This document shows, piece after piece, positions 36,521 through 47,480 of a stretch of DNA of 64,000 nt. Every line of letters begins with the position of its first letter. Position 1 is the first letter of the stretch. The DNA lies in the NCBI GenBank assembly GCA_050485685.1, contig JBJHBW010000006.1, positions 25,073 through 89,072 on the forward strand. The letters run 5' to 3'. The position numbers and the translations under genes were made by a program. The stretch is from Gammaproteobacteria bacterium (GTDB lineage Bacteria > Pseudomonadota > Gammaproteobacteria > Steroidobacterales > Rariloculaceae). The notes beneath the pieces were generated by a model. The model saw only the letters and a program-made list of their open reading frames with translations, was not told the origin of the DNA and did no database searches.

Positions 36521-38437
36521 ATGAGGACCGAGTGCACCATGACGAGAAATATCAGATCGACGAGCCGCCGCATCCATCCTCTGAGCGCAATGTTGTGCGG
36601 GTTGTGCCTGTTTGCGACAGCCGCTGTCGGACAGTTTCCCGGGCACACGAACAAGCCGGTACTGCACGGACAGAACTGGGTGGCCATCAGCGGCAAGCCG
36701 CTGGCGTCCACGGCAGGTGCGCTTATATTTGCGCGCGGTGGCAATGCGGTGGATGCCGCCTGCGCGGTGCTGGCGGCATCGGCGACCATGTGGGACATGA
36801 TGGGGTGGGGCGGCGAGACGGCGGCGCTGATCCACAATCCCGAGACCGGTCAGGTGTTCGGCATCAACGGTGTCGGTATCGCGCCCACGGGGGCCACACC
36901 CGCGTTCTATCGTGAGCGGGGCATGTCTTTCCCGCCCGAGAACGGGCCGCTGGCGGCCACCACGCCGGGCACACCCGGCGCATTGATGGTCATGCTGGCC
37001 GAGTTCGGTACCTTGAGTCTGGAGCAGGTGCTGGAGCCGGCCATCGAAATGGCGCGCGGCTACCCGATAGAACGCTCGCAGACCGAAGTGATCGCAAGGC
37101 GCCAGTCGCTGCTGCGCCAATGGCCAGCATCGAGGGCCGTGTTCCTGCCGCACTACGATCCCATGCGTCCAACCCAGTCAGGCGCGCCACGGCCCGGCGA
37201 GCTTTTCTCCCAGCCGGACCTGCTGGCAACGCTGGAAAAGCTGGTTGAAGCAGAACGCGAGGCACTGGCCGCCGGCAGCAGCCGTCGCGACGCAATCATG
37301 GCTGCATACGACCGTTTCTATCGTGGCGATATCGCCGAGGAAATCGTCGCGGCCACGCAGGCAGGGGGCGGGCTGTTCACGATGGAGGATCTGGACCGCT
37401 GGCAGGTGCAGGTCGAAGAGGCCGTGAGCACGAACTATCGTGGTGTGGATGTCTACAAACTGCCGTCCTGGTCGCAAGGGCCCGTGATGCTGCAGACATT
37501 GAACATTCTCGAGAACATGGATCTGCGCGCGATGGGGCGCAACAGCGTGCGCTACATCCATGCAGTCAATCAGGCCATCAATCTCGCTTTCGCCGATCGC
37601 GACTTCTACTATGGCGACCCGACGGTACCGCCGATCACGCCGATACAGGGGCTGTTGTCCAAGGAATACGCACGCCAGCGTTACGAAACCATAGACTGGG
37701 AAGCAAACGATCCGATGGTGCTGCCGGGCGATCCTTATCCTTTCCAGGGTGAGGAGAATCCGTTCGCCGATCTGCTCGAGGCGTGGCGTCCCATCGTCGG
37801 ACACCGGCGCGTGCAGCTGGACACCTCGACGATGTCCGGTGATGAAGCCTTCCGCGCCGGCACCACATCCATACAGACTGCGGACGCCGATGGCTGGGTG
37901 GTGTCGATCACACCCAGCGGTGCGTGGATTCCAGCGTGGATTGCCGGCAACACCGGCATAGGACTTTCCCAGCGCATGCAGAGCTTCGTGTTCGACCCGG
38001 CACGCAACCCCTACAACGTGCTTGAACCTGGCAAGCGCCCGCGCGTGACACTGACGCCCGGTATTGCGCTGCGCGATGGTGCACCGTATCTGTCATTCGC
38101 CGTGCAGGGCGGGGATGCACAGGATCAGAATCTGCTGCAGTTCTTCCTGAACGTGCTCGAATTCGGAATGGATGTTCAGGAGGCGACGGAAGCTGCGAAC
38201 TTCAACAGTTACCAGGCACACAGTTCTTTCGGTGAAGTGGTGGCCGAGCCCGGTCGTCTTCTGGTGCGCGAGGACACGCCGGTGCGGGTCATGGTGGAAC
38301 TGCAGCGCATGGGGTACGTGATCGAGACCTGGGAGAAGACATCCGGCCCGATCAATGCCGTATATTTCGATCACGAGCACGGCACGATCTGGGGAGGGTC
38401 AAGTGACTTCGGTGAGGATCACGGAATCGCCTGGTAG
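36521..38437 (+). CDS. gamma-glutamyltransferase family protein
   Basis: Signal peptide, GGNAVDAACAV, and a nucleophile context AGTTSIQTADADGWVVSITPSG. Typical large/small subunit layout. Start at ATG 36521 or 36539. Confidence 0.85.
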   Translation: MRTECTMTRNIRSTSRRIHPLSAMLCGLCLFATAAVGQFPGHTNKPVLHGQNWVAISGKPLASTAGALIFARGGNAVDAACAVLAASATMWDMMGWGGETAALIHNPETGQVFGINGVGIAPTGATPAFYRERGMSFPPENGPLAATTPGTPGALMVMLAEFGTLSLEQVLEPAIEMARGYPIERSQTEVIARRQSLLRQWPASRAVFLPHYDPMRPTQSGAPRPGELFSQPDLLATLEKLVEAEREALAAGSSRRDAIMAAYDRFYRGDIAEEIVAATQAGGGLFTMEDLDRWQVQVEEAVSTNYRGVDVYKLPSWSQGPVMLQTLNILENMDLRAMGRNSVRYIHAVNQAINLAFADRDFYYGDPTVPPITPIQGLLSKEYARQRYETIDWEANDPMVLPGDPYPFQGEENPFADLLEAWRPIVGHRRVQLDTSTMSGDEAFRAGTTSIQTADADGWVVSITPSGAWIPAWIAGNTGIGLSQRMQSFVFDPARNPYNVLEPGKRPRVTLTPGIALRDGAPYLSFAVQGGDAQDQNLLQFFLNVLEFGMDVQEATEAANFNSYQAHSSFGEVVAEPGRLLVREDTPVRVMVELQRMGYVIETWEKTSGPINAVYFDHEHGTIWGGSSDFGEDHGIAW

Positions 38438-38473
38438 GCCGGAGCAGTCAAGGGGACCGCACCGGAGTCGACA

Positions 38474-39013
38474 ATGATGGACTTTCTGTTCTGGCTGGAG
38501 AACACCCGCATTGCCATCCTGGTCAGTCAGACCATGTACGGCTACCCGTTGCTGGAGACCATACATGCGATCGGCATGGCGCTGATGATCGGCTCGCTGG
38601 GTCTGCTCAATGCCCGGGTGCTCGGATTCCGTCCGCAGTTGCCGGTGTTCGCTGTCAGCATGCTGCTGCCGGTGGCCTGGGTGGGCTTTGCGCTGAATGC
38701 ACTGACCGGCACGGCGCTGTTCATGTCACTGGCCACCGAGTTCTGGTTCAGCATCACGTTTCGCGTGAAGATGGTGCTGGTGGTGCTGGCCGGCATCAAT
38801 GCCTGGCTTCTGGGGCGTATGTATCTGAAGCCCATGCGTGAAGCGACCGCAGGCAACGCGGGCGGGGTGGCAGGTCATGCAGCCGCCGGCACGTTGTCCG
38901 GTCATGCGCTTGAGCCTGAGCCGGAGCTCTTCGTCAAGGCGGTGGCTGCAAGTGCGTTGCTGTTCTGGTTCGGTGCACTGGTCGCCGGTCGACTACTGGC
39001 TTACACGCCATAG
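38474..39013 (+). CDS. 4-TM membrane protein of unknown function (paralog family, copy 1)
   Basis: MMDFLFWLENTRIA...ETIHAIGMALMIGS...NARVLG...AGRLLAYTP. Homologous to 39105..39581 and 57357..57827. Confidence 0.5.
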   Translation: MMDFLFWLENTRIAILVSQTMYGYPLLETIHAIGMALMIGSLGLLNARVLGFRPQLPVFAVSMLLPVAWVGFALNALTGTALFMSLATEFWFSITFRVKMVLVVLAGINAWLLGRMYLKPMREATAGNAGGVAGHAAAGTLSGHALEPEPELFVKAVAASALLFWFGALVAGRLLAYTP

Positions 39014-39104
39014 GCGTGGACCGGGCCGATCACGCACGGTGTCTGAGCGGGAATAAAGAATTGACGATGCGAAACTGACCACGCAGGGGGAGCGGGCTGT
39101 CGGT

Positions 39105-39581
39105 ATGGAATTTCTTGTCTGGCTGGAGAGTACGGCGATCGCGCACGCGATTCGCACATCGGTATGGATGTATCCGGCGTTCGAGAGCACCCACTATGTG
39201 GGTATCGCACTGCTGCTTGGCAGCCTGGTTGTCATCGACCTGCGCCTGATCGGCTATCCGCGTGTGCTGCCGATACGTGCGGTGCTGACGCTACTGCCAA
39301 TCGCGCTGGCGGGCTTTGCGATCAACGTCATCACCGGTTCACTGATGTTTGTTTACGGCGCGACGTCTTATGGCACCAGCTGGCTGTTCTGGTGGAAGAT
39401 GGGCCTCATTGTAGTGGCCGGCATGAATGCTGCGCTGTTCAAGTGGATCGTCGATCGTGACGGCGATGCATGGATGGAAAAAGGTGTAGCGCCAATGCCC
39501 CTTCAGGTGATCGCGGTCATCTCGCTGCTGCTTTGGGTTGCCGTCACCGCAGCCGGGCGGTTCATGGCTTACGTGTACTGA
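39105..39581 (+). CDS. 4-TM membrane protein of unknown function (paralog family, copy 2)
   Basis: MEFLVWLESTAIA...ESTHYVGIALLLGS...DLRLIG...AGRFMAYVY. Clear similarity to the upstream gene. Confidence 0.5.
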   Translation: MEFLVWLESTAIAHAIRTSVWMYPAFESTHYVGIALLLGSLVVIDLRLIGYPRVLPIRAVLTLLPIALAGFAINVITGSLMFVYGATSYGTSWLFWWKMGLIVVAGMNAALFKWIVDRDGDAWMEKGVAPMPLQVIAVISLLLWVAVTAAGRFMAYVY

Positions 39582-39630
39582 ACCACGGCGCTGCAGAACC
39601 GCGACATTCCCGGGCAGGGGCGTTCTCTGA

Positions 39631-40515
39631 TCACTCCCCCAGCATTTGCGCAATCGCTTCGGCCCCTCGCGCCGGCGCCATGATGTGCACGCCCGCTATG
39701 CCATCGATCTCACGCATGCCTTCGATCAGTTCACGGCAGATCTTTCGCCCTTCGGCCGCCTGATCATCGGCCGCTTCCAGGCGATGCACCACGGCGTCCG
39801 GGACATGCACGCCGAACAGATTGTCGTTCATCCAGCGTGCCGAGCGTGCGGATACGATCGGACCCACGCCTACGATGAAGGCAAGTTCTGCGGCCAGTCC
39901 TGAGTCGGTCAGCAGCTTTGCGTAATGTCGTGCGATTTCAAGATCGAAGCAGAACTGTGTCTGGATGAAGCCTGCACCTGCGTCGCGCTTGCCGCGAAGG
40001 CTGTCCGGCTTCCATTCCTTGCCCGGACGGGCCGGTACGTCGGCGCCGCCGATGAACAGCTCGGGTGGCGTATCGATCTTGCGGCCGGAGGGCAGCACGC
40101 CTTCGTCGCGCATGGTCCGTGTCATCGCCATCAGGTCACGCGAACTGAAGTCGAATACCGCCTTCGCGTCCGGCTGATCGCCGTTCTTCGGATCGTCACC
40201 CTGAAGGATCAGAACATTGCGTATACCCAGGGCCGCCGCGCCCAGGAGATCGCCTGCGAGCGCGATGCGGTTACGGTCGCGGCAGGTCATCTGCAGGATT
40301 GGCTCGTAGCCGTTGGCAGCGAGAACCGCGGCAGCGCCGAGGCTGCTCATCGTTGTGCGGCCGGCCGCGGCGTCGGTGACATTGATCGCATCCACCTTAC
40401 CGCGCAGCAGCTCCGCTTCCGCGAGCAGTGGCGCAGCACTCGCTGACAAGGGAGGTACGATTTCCGCGGTGATGACGAATTCGCCGTTCCGAATCCGGCT
40501 CTTGAGGTCTGACAT
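39631..40515 (-). CDS. methylenetetrahydrofolate reductase family protein (short MetF-like)
   Basis: 294 aa with EIVPP...VDAINVTD...MTCRDRNRIALAGDLLGAAALGIRNVLILQGDDP and a C-terminal TQFCFD...GVHIM, the pattern of the MTHFR TIM barrel. Confidence 0.75.
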   Translation of the reverse strand: MSDLKSRIRNGEFVITAEIVPPLSASAAPLLAEAELLRGKVDAINVTDAAAGRTTMSSLGAAAVLAANGYEPILQMTCRDRNRIALAGDLLGAAALGIRNVLILQGDDPKNGDQPDAKAVFDFSSRDLMAMTRTMRDEGVLPSGRKIDTPPELFIGGADVPARPGKEWKPDSLRGKRDAGAGFIQTQFCFDLEIARHYAKLLTDSGLAAELAFIVGVGPIVSARSARWMNDNLFGVHVPDAVVHRLEAADDQAAEGRKICRELIEGMREIDGIAGVHIMAPARGAEAIAQMLGE

Positions 40516-40566
40516 GGGCGGGACGCTCCATATTGTGCTTGGGGGCAGCGTGTTTCGTGGCTGTGG

Positions 40567-41013
40567 TCAGTGACCGAATATCAGGTCACGCAGCCGCTGA
40601 CGGATGTTGTCTGCATCGAGCTCGATCAGGTCCTTATCGATCTCGTTGACGACCGTTTCCCGGAGTTGGCGCCCGAATGCCGATCTCAGATGACCCAGGA
40701 ACCGTGGTTCGGCCACGACGATGATGCCGCCGAAGCGATTGCTGTTACGGGCCGATTCGAGATGATCCGCAATGTCCTTGGCAAATCGAATGGCGGCCTG
40801 CTCCACGGGGGAAACCGGAGGACTCTTGGAATGTCGGCGCGAACTGCCGCTGGAGAAGGTGCGTCCCGGTCTGTCGGAGTCTATATCCTGGTTCTTGAGA
40901 CCGGCTTGAGGGGAAGTGAGGCCTGGTAATTCGGTCAGGGGGCCATGGCGGGTGCTTTGGCTGAACAGCCTGCAATGCGCCTTGTCGGCGACGACAACCC
41001 AGTTATCAGTCAT
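40567..41013 (-). CDS. host attachment protein family (PF10116-like)
   Basis: WVVVADKAHCRLF... and ...IIVVAEPRFLGHLRSAF...EIDKDLI match the family pattern. Confidence 0.7.
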   Translation of the reverse strand: MTDNWVVVADKAHCRLFSQSTRHGPLTELPGLTSPQAGLKNQDIDSDRPGRTFSSGSSRRHSKSPPVSPVEQAAIRFAKDIADHLESARNSNRFGGIIVVAEPRFLGHLRSAFGRQLRETVVNEIDKDLIELDADNIRQRLRDLIFGH

Positions 41014-41146
41014 TAGGCTTGATGCTCCGGATCATGGTGTGCCGCCTGTGCTCTTATGGGGTGCACAGGTCGTTGCTATCAATCGTACAATTCACACGCC
41101 ATCAGCGCTACGACCAAACCGGTTTTTTTATATAAATCATAACGTT

Positions 41147-42031
41147 TTGCGTACGCCCAGTTACACCGTTCACGACGGTTTCGCGTTGCCCATGGGCTTC
41201 CCGGTGCCGGCATTCATCTCCGCGCTGGAGTTCGTTCCGAGCGCTGACGACTTTATTCTGGCCACCTATCCGAAATGTGGAACCACCTGGGTGCAGCACA
41301 TCATGTATCTGCTGCTGCACGACGGGCAGCCGTTAAAGGCGGATCAGCGACTGGATCAGGTGTTTCCGCATCTGGAGGAAGCGGGTGGGCAGTTCGTCCG
41401 CGCCATGCCGGTGCCGCGGCTGATCAAGACGCATCTGCCGTTGGAGCGCATCCGGCTGCTCGATGAGCCGCGCTATGTCCATGTCGCGCGCAACCCGTTC
41501 GACTGCGCCGTGTCGTTCTTCCATCACACCCGGGGATTTCCGCGTCACTACGACTTTGCCGACGGCGCGTTCGATGATTTTTTCGAGTGCTTCATCGCCG
41601 GAAAAGTGGATTTCGGCGACTACTTCGATCATCTGCTGCCCTGGATGGCGGCAAGTCATGCCCCCAACGTGCTGTTTCTGACCTACGAAGGCCTGCATGA
41701 CGATACCGCCAGCGAAGTGTGCCGGATCGCCGAACACCTGGGAGGCAGGGCAGCTGCCGCAGCGCGGAATCCGGACGTGCTCGCGACCGTGCTGGCGCAC
41801 TCCCGTTTCGATGCGATGCGCCGCGAACAGCAACGCTGGTCCAGCGCGCGGCCGGAGGGAATGCCTCCGTTCGTCAGGCGAGGCGAGGTGGGTGACTGGC
41901 GCCGGCACTTCAGTGGTGAACAGGCACGTCGACTGGCGCAGAGGTTCCGCGTCCGCACCCGCGGCACTGATGCAGCGAATCTCTGGCCGGACATCATCGC
42001 GGAAGCGGAAGCACACAAGACCCCGACGTAA
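41147..42031 (+). CDS. cytosolic-type sulfotransferase (Sulfotransfer_1 family)
   Basis: PAPS 5-prime-phosphosulfate loop TYPKCGTTW, catalytic-His region RLIKTHLP, 3-prime-phosphate region YVHVARNPFDCAVSFFHH, and C-terminal RRGEVGDWRRHFS. Start uncertain (TTG 41147 or ATG 41192). Confidence 0.75.
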   Translation: MRTPSYTVHDGFALPMGFPVPAFISALEFVPSADDFILATYPKCGTTWVQHIMYLLLHDGQPLKADQRLDQVFPHLEEAGGQFVRAMPVPRLIKTHLPLERIRLLDEPRYVHVARNPFDCAVSFFHHTRGFPRHYDFADGAFDDFFECFIAGKVDFGDYFDHLLPWMAASHAPNVLFLTYEGLHDDTASEVCRIAEHLGGRAAAAARNPDVLATVLAHSRFDAMRREQQRWSSARPEGMPPFVRRGEVGDWRRHFSGEQARRLAQRFRVRTRGTDAANLWPDIIAEAEAHKTPT

Positions 42032-42105
42032 TCATTGTCACCGGGAACGGGGGCGAAGCGAAGCGTCGGGAATTCACAATTGGAATCTTGAAAAGGAGTT
42101 TGCAA

Positions 42106-42426
42106 ATGGAAAGCAGCAGTACAGCCGGCAGCATCGAAACCGAACTTGAGGCAGCTGTGTTTCGACGTCTTCTGGCGCACCTGAACGAGCGAAAGGACGT
42201 GCAGAACATCGAGCTGATGATCCTGGCCGGTTTCTGCCGCAACTGCCTGAGCAAGTGGTATGTGGAGGCAGCGAGTGAACAGGGCGTGGAGCTTGATCTG
42301 GAAACCGCGCGCGAGAAGGTCTACGGCATGCCTTACAGCGAGTGGAAGGAAAAGCACCAGCCACCCGCGACGCCGGAGCAGCTTGAACGCTTTGAAGCCG
42401 TGCAGAAGGGCAAGGCAGGCAGCTGA
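42106..42426 (+). CDS. DUF1244 domain-containing protein
   Basis: AAGGAG RBS 6 nt before the ATG. AVFRRLLAHL...ELMILAGFCRNCLSKWY...YGMPYSEWK is the DUF1244 signature. Confidence 0.75.
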   Translation: MESSSTAGSIETELEAAVFRRLLAHLNERKDVQNIELMILAGFCRNCLSKWYVEAASEQGVELDLETAREKVYGMPYSEWKEKHQPPATPEQLERFEAVQKGKAGS

Positions 42427-42428
42427 AC

Positions 42429-43427
42429 CTAGAAGCGTCGCTCTATCGCGAACCGCGCCAGCTCCCGCAGACCTTCCCGGTAGCGTGATTTCGGAAGTGG
42501 CTCAAGCGCTGCGATCGCGTGCTGTGCTTCCTCGCGAGCCCGTTCCGCGGTGTACCTGAGGCCACCCGATGATTCGATCGCAATCTGGATGGACGTGAGA
42601 TTCTGCGTGCCGCCGGTTTCGATGGCTTCGCGAATCATGTGCCTTTCAGCTGCGCTGCCGTTGGCCATCGCGTAGATCAGCGGCAATGTGGGTTTGCCTT
42701 CAGCGAGATCGTCACCAATGTTCTTGCCGAGTTCATCAGGGCTTGCGTCGTAATCGAGCGCGTCATCGACGAGCTGGAACGCCCTGCCCAGGTGCCGTCC
42801 ATAGGTGATCAATGCCTGCTCCGTGGCTTCATCCTGCCTGGCCAGGATTGCGCCAATGCGCGTGCCGGCTTCGAAGAGTTTCGCCGTCTTGCGATAGATT
42901 ACTTCCATATAGTCCGCTTCGCTGATGTCCGGGTTGTTGCAGTTCATCAGCTGCAGAACTTCGCCTTCGGCAATCGTATTGGTGGCGTTTGCGAGCACCT
43001 CGAGAATCTTCAGCTCGCCGATGTCCACCATCATCTGGAACGAACGTGAATAGAGAAAGTCGCCTACCAGCACGCTGGCCTGATTACCGAACAGAGAATT
43101 GGCCGTGGACTGGCCGCGACGCATCTCGGAGCTGTCCACGACGTCGTCGTGCAGCAGTGTGGCGGTGTGAATGAATTCGATGATCGCGGCGGCGGCGACA
43201 TGATCCTCGCGGTCACAGCCGCAGGCGCGTGCGGCCAGCAGCACCGCCAGCGGGCGCAGGCGCTTGCCGCCATGATGAATGATGTGATGGGCGACCTGAT
43301 TGACCAGTGCAACGTCGCTGCCCAGGCGGCGGTAGATCATCCGGTTGACCGCGGCCCAATCGTCGCCGACAAGGCCACGCAGCGCGTCCAGTGAGACTGG
43401 CGCGGATCGTGATTCAGCAGGGTGCAT
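42429..43427 (-). CDS. ispB: octaprenyl-diphosphate synthase (polyprenyl synthetase)
   Basis: First DDxxD motif ATLLHDDVVD, second FQLVDDALDY, GKRLRP. Divergent from rplU as in E. coli. Confidence 0.9.
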   Translation of the reverse strand: MHPAESRSAPVSLDALRGLVGDDWAAVNRMIYRRLGSDVALVNQVAHHIIHHGGKRLRPLAVLLAARACGCDREDHVAAAAIIEFIHTATLLHDDVVDSSEMRRGQSTANSLFGNQASVLVGDFLYSRSFQMMVDIGELKILEVLANATNTIAEGEVLQLMNCNNPDISEADYMEVIYRKTAKLFEAGTRIGAILARQDEATEQALITYGRHLGRAFQLVDDALDYDASPDELGKNIGDDLAEGKPTLPLIYAMANGSAAERHMIREAIETGGTQNLTSIQIAIESSGGLRYTAERAREEAQHAIAALEPLPKSRYREGLRELARFAIERRF

Positions 43428-43540
43428 AATTTTTCGATGATGCCTGATAGCCGTACGCTTGGCGAGTCTGCCGGAGCCGGCGCGCGAGCCGGTCCGGTGC
43501 CCGGGCTTGCCGCTGCGGCCCGCGGGGGAGTCGTGGTGCG

Positions 43541-43569
43541 TTGACCGCAGTCCCCGCAGTCACTAGAAT
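43541..43569 (+). promoter_or_regulatory. candidate sigma-70 promoter for rplU-rpmA
   Basis: TTGACC (43541-43546), a 17-nt spacer, then TAGAAT (43564-43569), about 95 nt upstream of the rplU start. Confidence 0.5.
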
Positions 43570-43663
43570 TCGCGCTTTTCCGCGTTCCCCCGCGGGCGTC
43601 CCCTATGGGATGATTTCCCTCAGGGTCCCGGAATTTCAGCCAGATTTTCAGGAGTAATTCCAC

Positions 43664-44065
43664 GTGTATGCGGTTTTTCGAACGGGCGGCAAGCAGTACC
43701 GGGCCAGCGAGGGTGACAAACTGCGCGTGGAACGCCTCGAGGCCGGTGTCGGTGACGCGGTCGAGTTTGATCAGGTCCTGCTGGTTGGTGAAGGCGCCGA
43801 TGTGAAGGTCGGATCTCCGCTGGTCAGTGGCAGTGTGGTCAAGGCCACCGTGACTGCGCAGGGGCGAGCGAAAAAGATCGACGTCGTGAAGTTCAAGCGT
43901 CGCACTGGCTACAAGCGCCTGCGCGGCCACCGTCAGTCATTCACCGAAGTGCAGATTACCGGCATAGGCGGCGCTGCTGGCGGCCGCAAGCGCGCCTCAA
44001 GCAAGGCCAAGACCGACACGAAGGCGGCTGAAGCCGCCGACAGCAACAGCGATACCGCGGAGTAA
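43664..44065 (+). CDS. rplU: 50S ribosomal protein L21 (with ~30-aa Lys/Ala-rich C-terminal extension)
   Basis: [23 protein letters not shown]...[31 protein letters not shown] start after GGAG. Confidence 0.95.
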   Translation: MYAVFRTGGKQYRASEGDKLRVERLEAGVGDAVEFDQVLLVGEGADVKVGSPLVSGSVVKATVTAQGRAKKIDVVKFKRRTGYKRLRGHRQSFTEVQITGIGGAAGGRKRASSKAKTDTKAAEAADSNSDTAE

Positions 44066-44070
44066 GATTC

Positions 44071-44331
44071 ATGGCACACAAGAAAGCCGGCGGCAGTTCA
44101 AAGAACGGTCGCGATTCAGAAAGCAAACGACTTGGCGTCAAGCATTTTGGCGGCGAGCAGGTTCGTGCCGGGAATATCCTGGTGCGCCAGCGCGGCACCC
44201 GTTTTCATCCGGGCGTGAACGTTGGGCTTGGCCGCGATCACACGCTGTTCGCGACCGTCAGCGGTCGTGTCGTGTTCGAGACCAAGGGGTCCCGCAATCG
44301 CAAGTTCGTCAGCGTGATCGCTGCTGAGTAA
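44071..44331 (+). CDS. rpmA: 50S ribosomal protein L27
   Basis: [48 protein letters not shown]. Confidence 0.97.
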   Translation: MAHKKAGGSSKNGRDSESKRLGVKHFGGEQVRAGNILVRQRGTRFHPGVNVGLGRDHTLFATVSGRVVFETKGSRNRKFVSVIAAE

Positions 44332-44374
44332 GTGCCGGCTGCCGCGGTCGCGGCAGAATGCGGTTACCATGAAA

Positions 44375-44398
44375 AGCCCCGCCATGCGGGGCTTTTTC
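44375..44398 (+). terminator. rho-independent terminator/attenuator between rpmA and obgE
   Basis: AGCCCCGC-CAT-GCGGGGCT stem (8 bp, GC-rich) followed by TTTTTCTGTTT. Confidence 0.6.
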
Positions 44399-44418
44399 TG
44401 TTTCCGGACTCGGCCTGA

Positions 44419-45784
<1,366 letters not shown>

Positions 45785-45874
45785 GAACCTGTTTCCTGCA
45801 CGGGTTGACGGGCCATGGCCCGAAAAGGGCGGTATTATTCGGGCCCCCGCACAGTGAGTCAAGCCGCAAGCCCT

Positions 45875-47470
45875 ATGAGTTCCGCGCCAGACGCCGGTCA
45901 ATCGCCGGAGCGCCTGTTCCGGTCCACGTCGGTGGTCAGTGTGATGACGCTGCTGTCGCGGATCAGTGGCCTGGCGCGCGATATCGGCTTTTCGCGCTGG
46001 TTCGGCGCCGGAATCATCACCGACGCATTCTTCGTCGCATTCAAGATCCCGAACCTGCTGCGCCGGTTCTCCGCCGAGGGTGCGTTTGCCCAGGCCTTCG
46101 TGCCGGTGATATCCGAGTATCGCGCCACGCGCTCTGCGGACGAGGCGAAGGAACTGATCGATCGCATGGCCGGTACGCTGACGGTGGCGCTGTTCGTCGT
46201 GACCGCGATCGGCGTGATTGCCGCGCCGGTGCTGATCATGATCTTCGCGCCCGGATTCATCGACGACGACGGTCGGTTCGATCTCGCCAGCGGGATGCTG
46301 CGGCTGACGTTTCCGTATCTGCTGTTCATTTCGCTGACGGCGCTGGCCGGCAGTATCCTCAATACGTATCGCCGGTTCGCGGTGCCGGCCTTCACGCCCG
46401 TGCTGCTCAACGTGACGCTGATCGCGTTCGCAGGCTGGGTCGCGCCGCGCATGGCCAACCCCGGCATGGGCCTGGCGCTGGGCGTGTTCGCGGCCGGCAT
46501 CGTGCAGCTGACGTTTCAGCTGCCGTTTCTCGCCAGGGCGGGTCTGTTGCCGAAGCCGAAGTGGGGCTGGCGGCATGACGGTGTGCGCCGCGTGGGCCGT
46601 CTGATGCTGCCGGCCATCTTTGGTTCCTCGGTCGCCCAGATCAACATACTGCTGGACACGCTGATCGCGTCACTGCTGATCACCGGCAGCATCAGCTGGC
46701 TGTATTACTCCGATCGGCTGGTGGAATTTCCGCTGGGCGTATTCGGCATCGCGCTCGCGACCGTGATCCTGCCGCATCTTTCCGAGCAGCATGCGGTGGC
46801 TTCGCGGGAACGCTTTTCGGCGCTGCTGGACTGGGCCCTGAAGCTGGTGCTGCTGGTCGCGCTGCCGGCCGCGCTGGGGCTGGCCCTGCTGGCTGCGCCG
46901 CTGATCGCAACGATCTTCTATGGCGGTGAATTCACCGAATTCGATGTGCGCATGACGGCAGCCAGCCTGATCGCGTATGCGCCGGGTCTGATCGCATTCA
47001 TTCTCGTGAAGATACTGGCACCCGGTTACTTCGCCCGTCAGGACATGCGCACGCCGGTGCGCTATGGCGTGCAGGCGCTGGTAATGAATATGGTGCTGAA
47101 CATTATCTTTGTGGTGACGCTGGTGCGGACGGGCTGGGCACCGGCGCACACCGGGCTTGCCGCCGCGACGGCACTGTCATCGTTCTACAATGCGGCGATG
47201 CTGTATCGGGGACTGCGCAGGGAAGGGGTGTATCTGCCCGGTGACGGCTGGGTGCGGCTGGGGCTGCGTGTGATGGCGGGATGCATCGCAATGAGTGCGT
47301 TCCTGCTCTGGGCCAGTGCCGACACCAGCGTGTGGCTGGATGCGGGCGTGTCCGGACGCATCGCGTCGCTTGCCGTCTGCGTGATCGGGGGGATGGGCGT
47401 GTATTTCGCTGTGTGTCTCGCCACCGGTCTGCGGCCGCGAGACCTTCTGTTGCGCCCCAGGGCGGACTGA
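45875..47470 (+). CDS. murJ: lipid II flippase MurJ (MviN)
   Basis: SRISGLARDIGFSRWFGAGIITDAFFVAFKIPNLLRRFSAEGAFAQAFVPV and 14 or so TM helices. Start at ATG 45875 or 45815. Confidence 0.9.
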   Translation: MSSAPDAGQSPERLFRSTSVVSVMTLLSRISGLARDIGFSRWFGAGIITDAFFVAFKIPNLLRRFSAEGAFAQAFVPVISEYRATRSADEAKELIDRMAGTLTVALFVVTAIGVIAAPVLIMIFAPGFIDDDGRFDLASGMLRLTFPYLLFISLTALAGSILNTYRRFAVPAFTPVLLNVTLIAFAGWVAPRMANPGMGLALGVFAAGIVQLTFQLPFLARAGLLPKPKWGWRHDGVRRVGRLMLPAIFGSSVAQINILLDTLIASLLITGSISWLYYSDRLVEFPLGVFGIALATVILPHLSEQHAVASRERFSALLDWALKLVLLVALPAALGLALLAAPLIATIFYGGEFTEFDVRMTAASLIAYAPGLIAFILVKILAPGYFARQDMRTPVRYGVQALVMNMVLNIIFVVTLVRTGWAPAHTGLAAATALSSFYNAAMLYRGLRREGVYLPGDGWVRLGLRVMAGCIAMSAFLLWASADTSVWLDAGVSGRIASLAVCVIGGMGVYFAVCLATGLRPRDLLLRPRAD

Positions 47471-47480
47471 GCGGGTCGAC

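Noticed and set aside
45785-46576. Upstream 264 codons of the ORF that ends as rpsT
   Set aside because: S20 homology starts at (V)ANIQSAKKRA with its own GTG and RBS. The upstream part is antisense to murJ and is Arg/His-rich junk.
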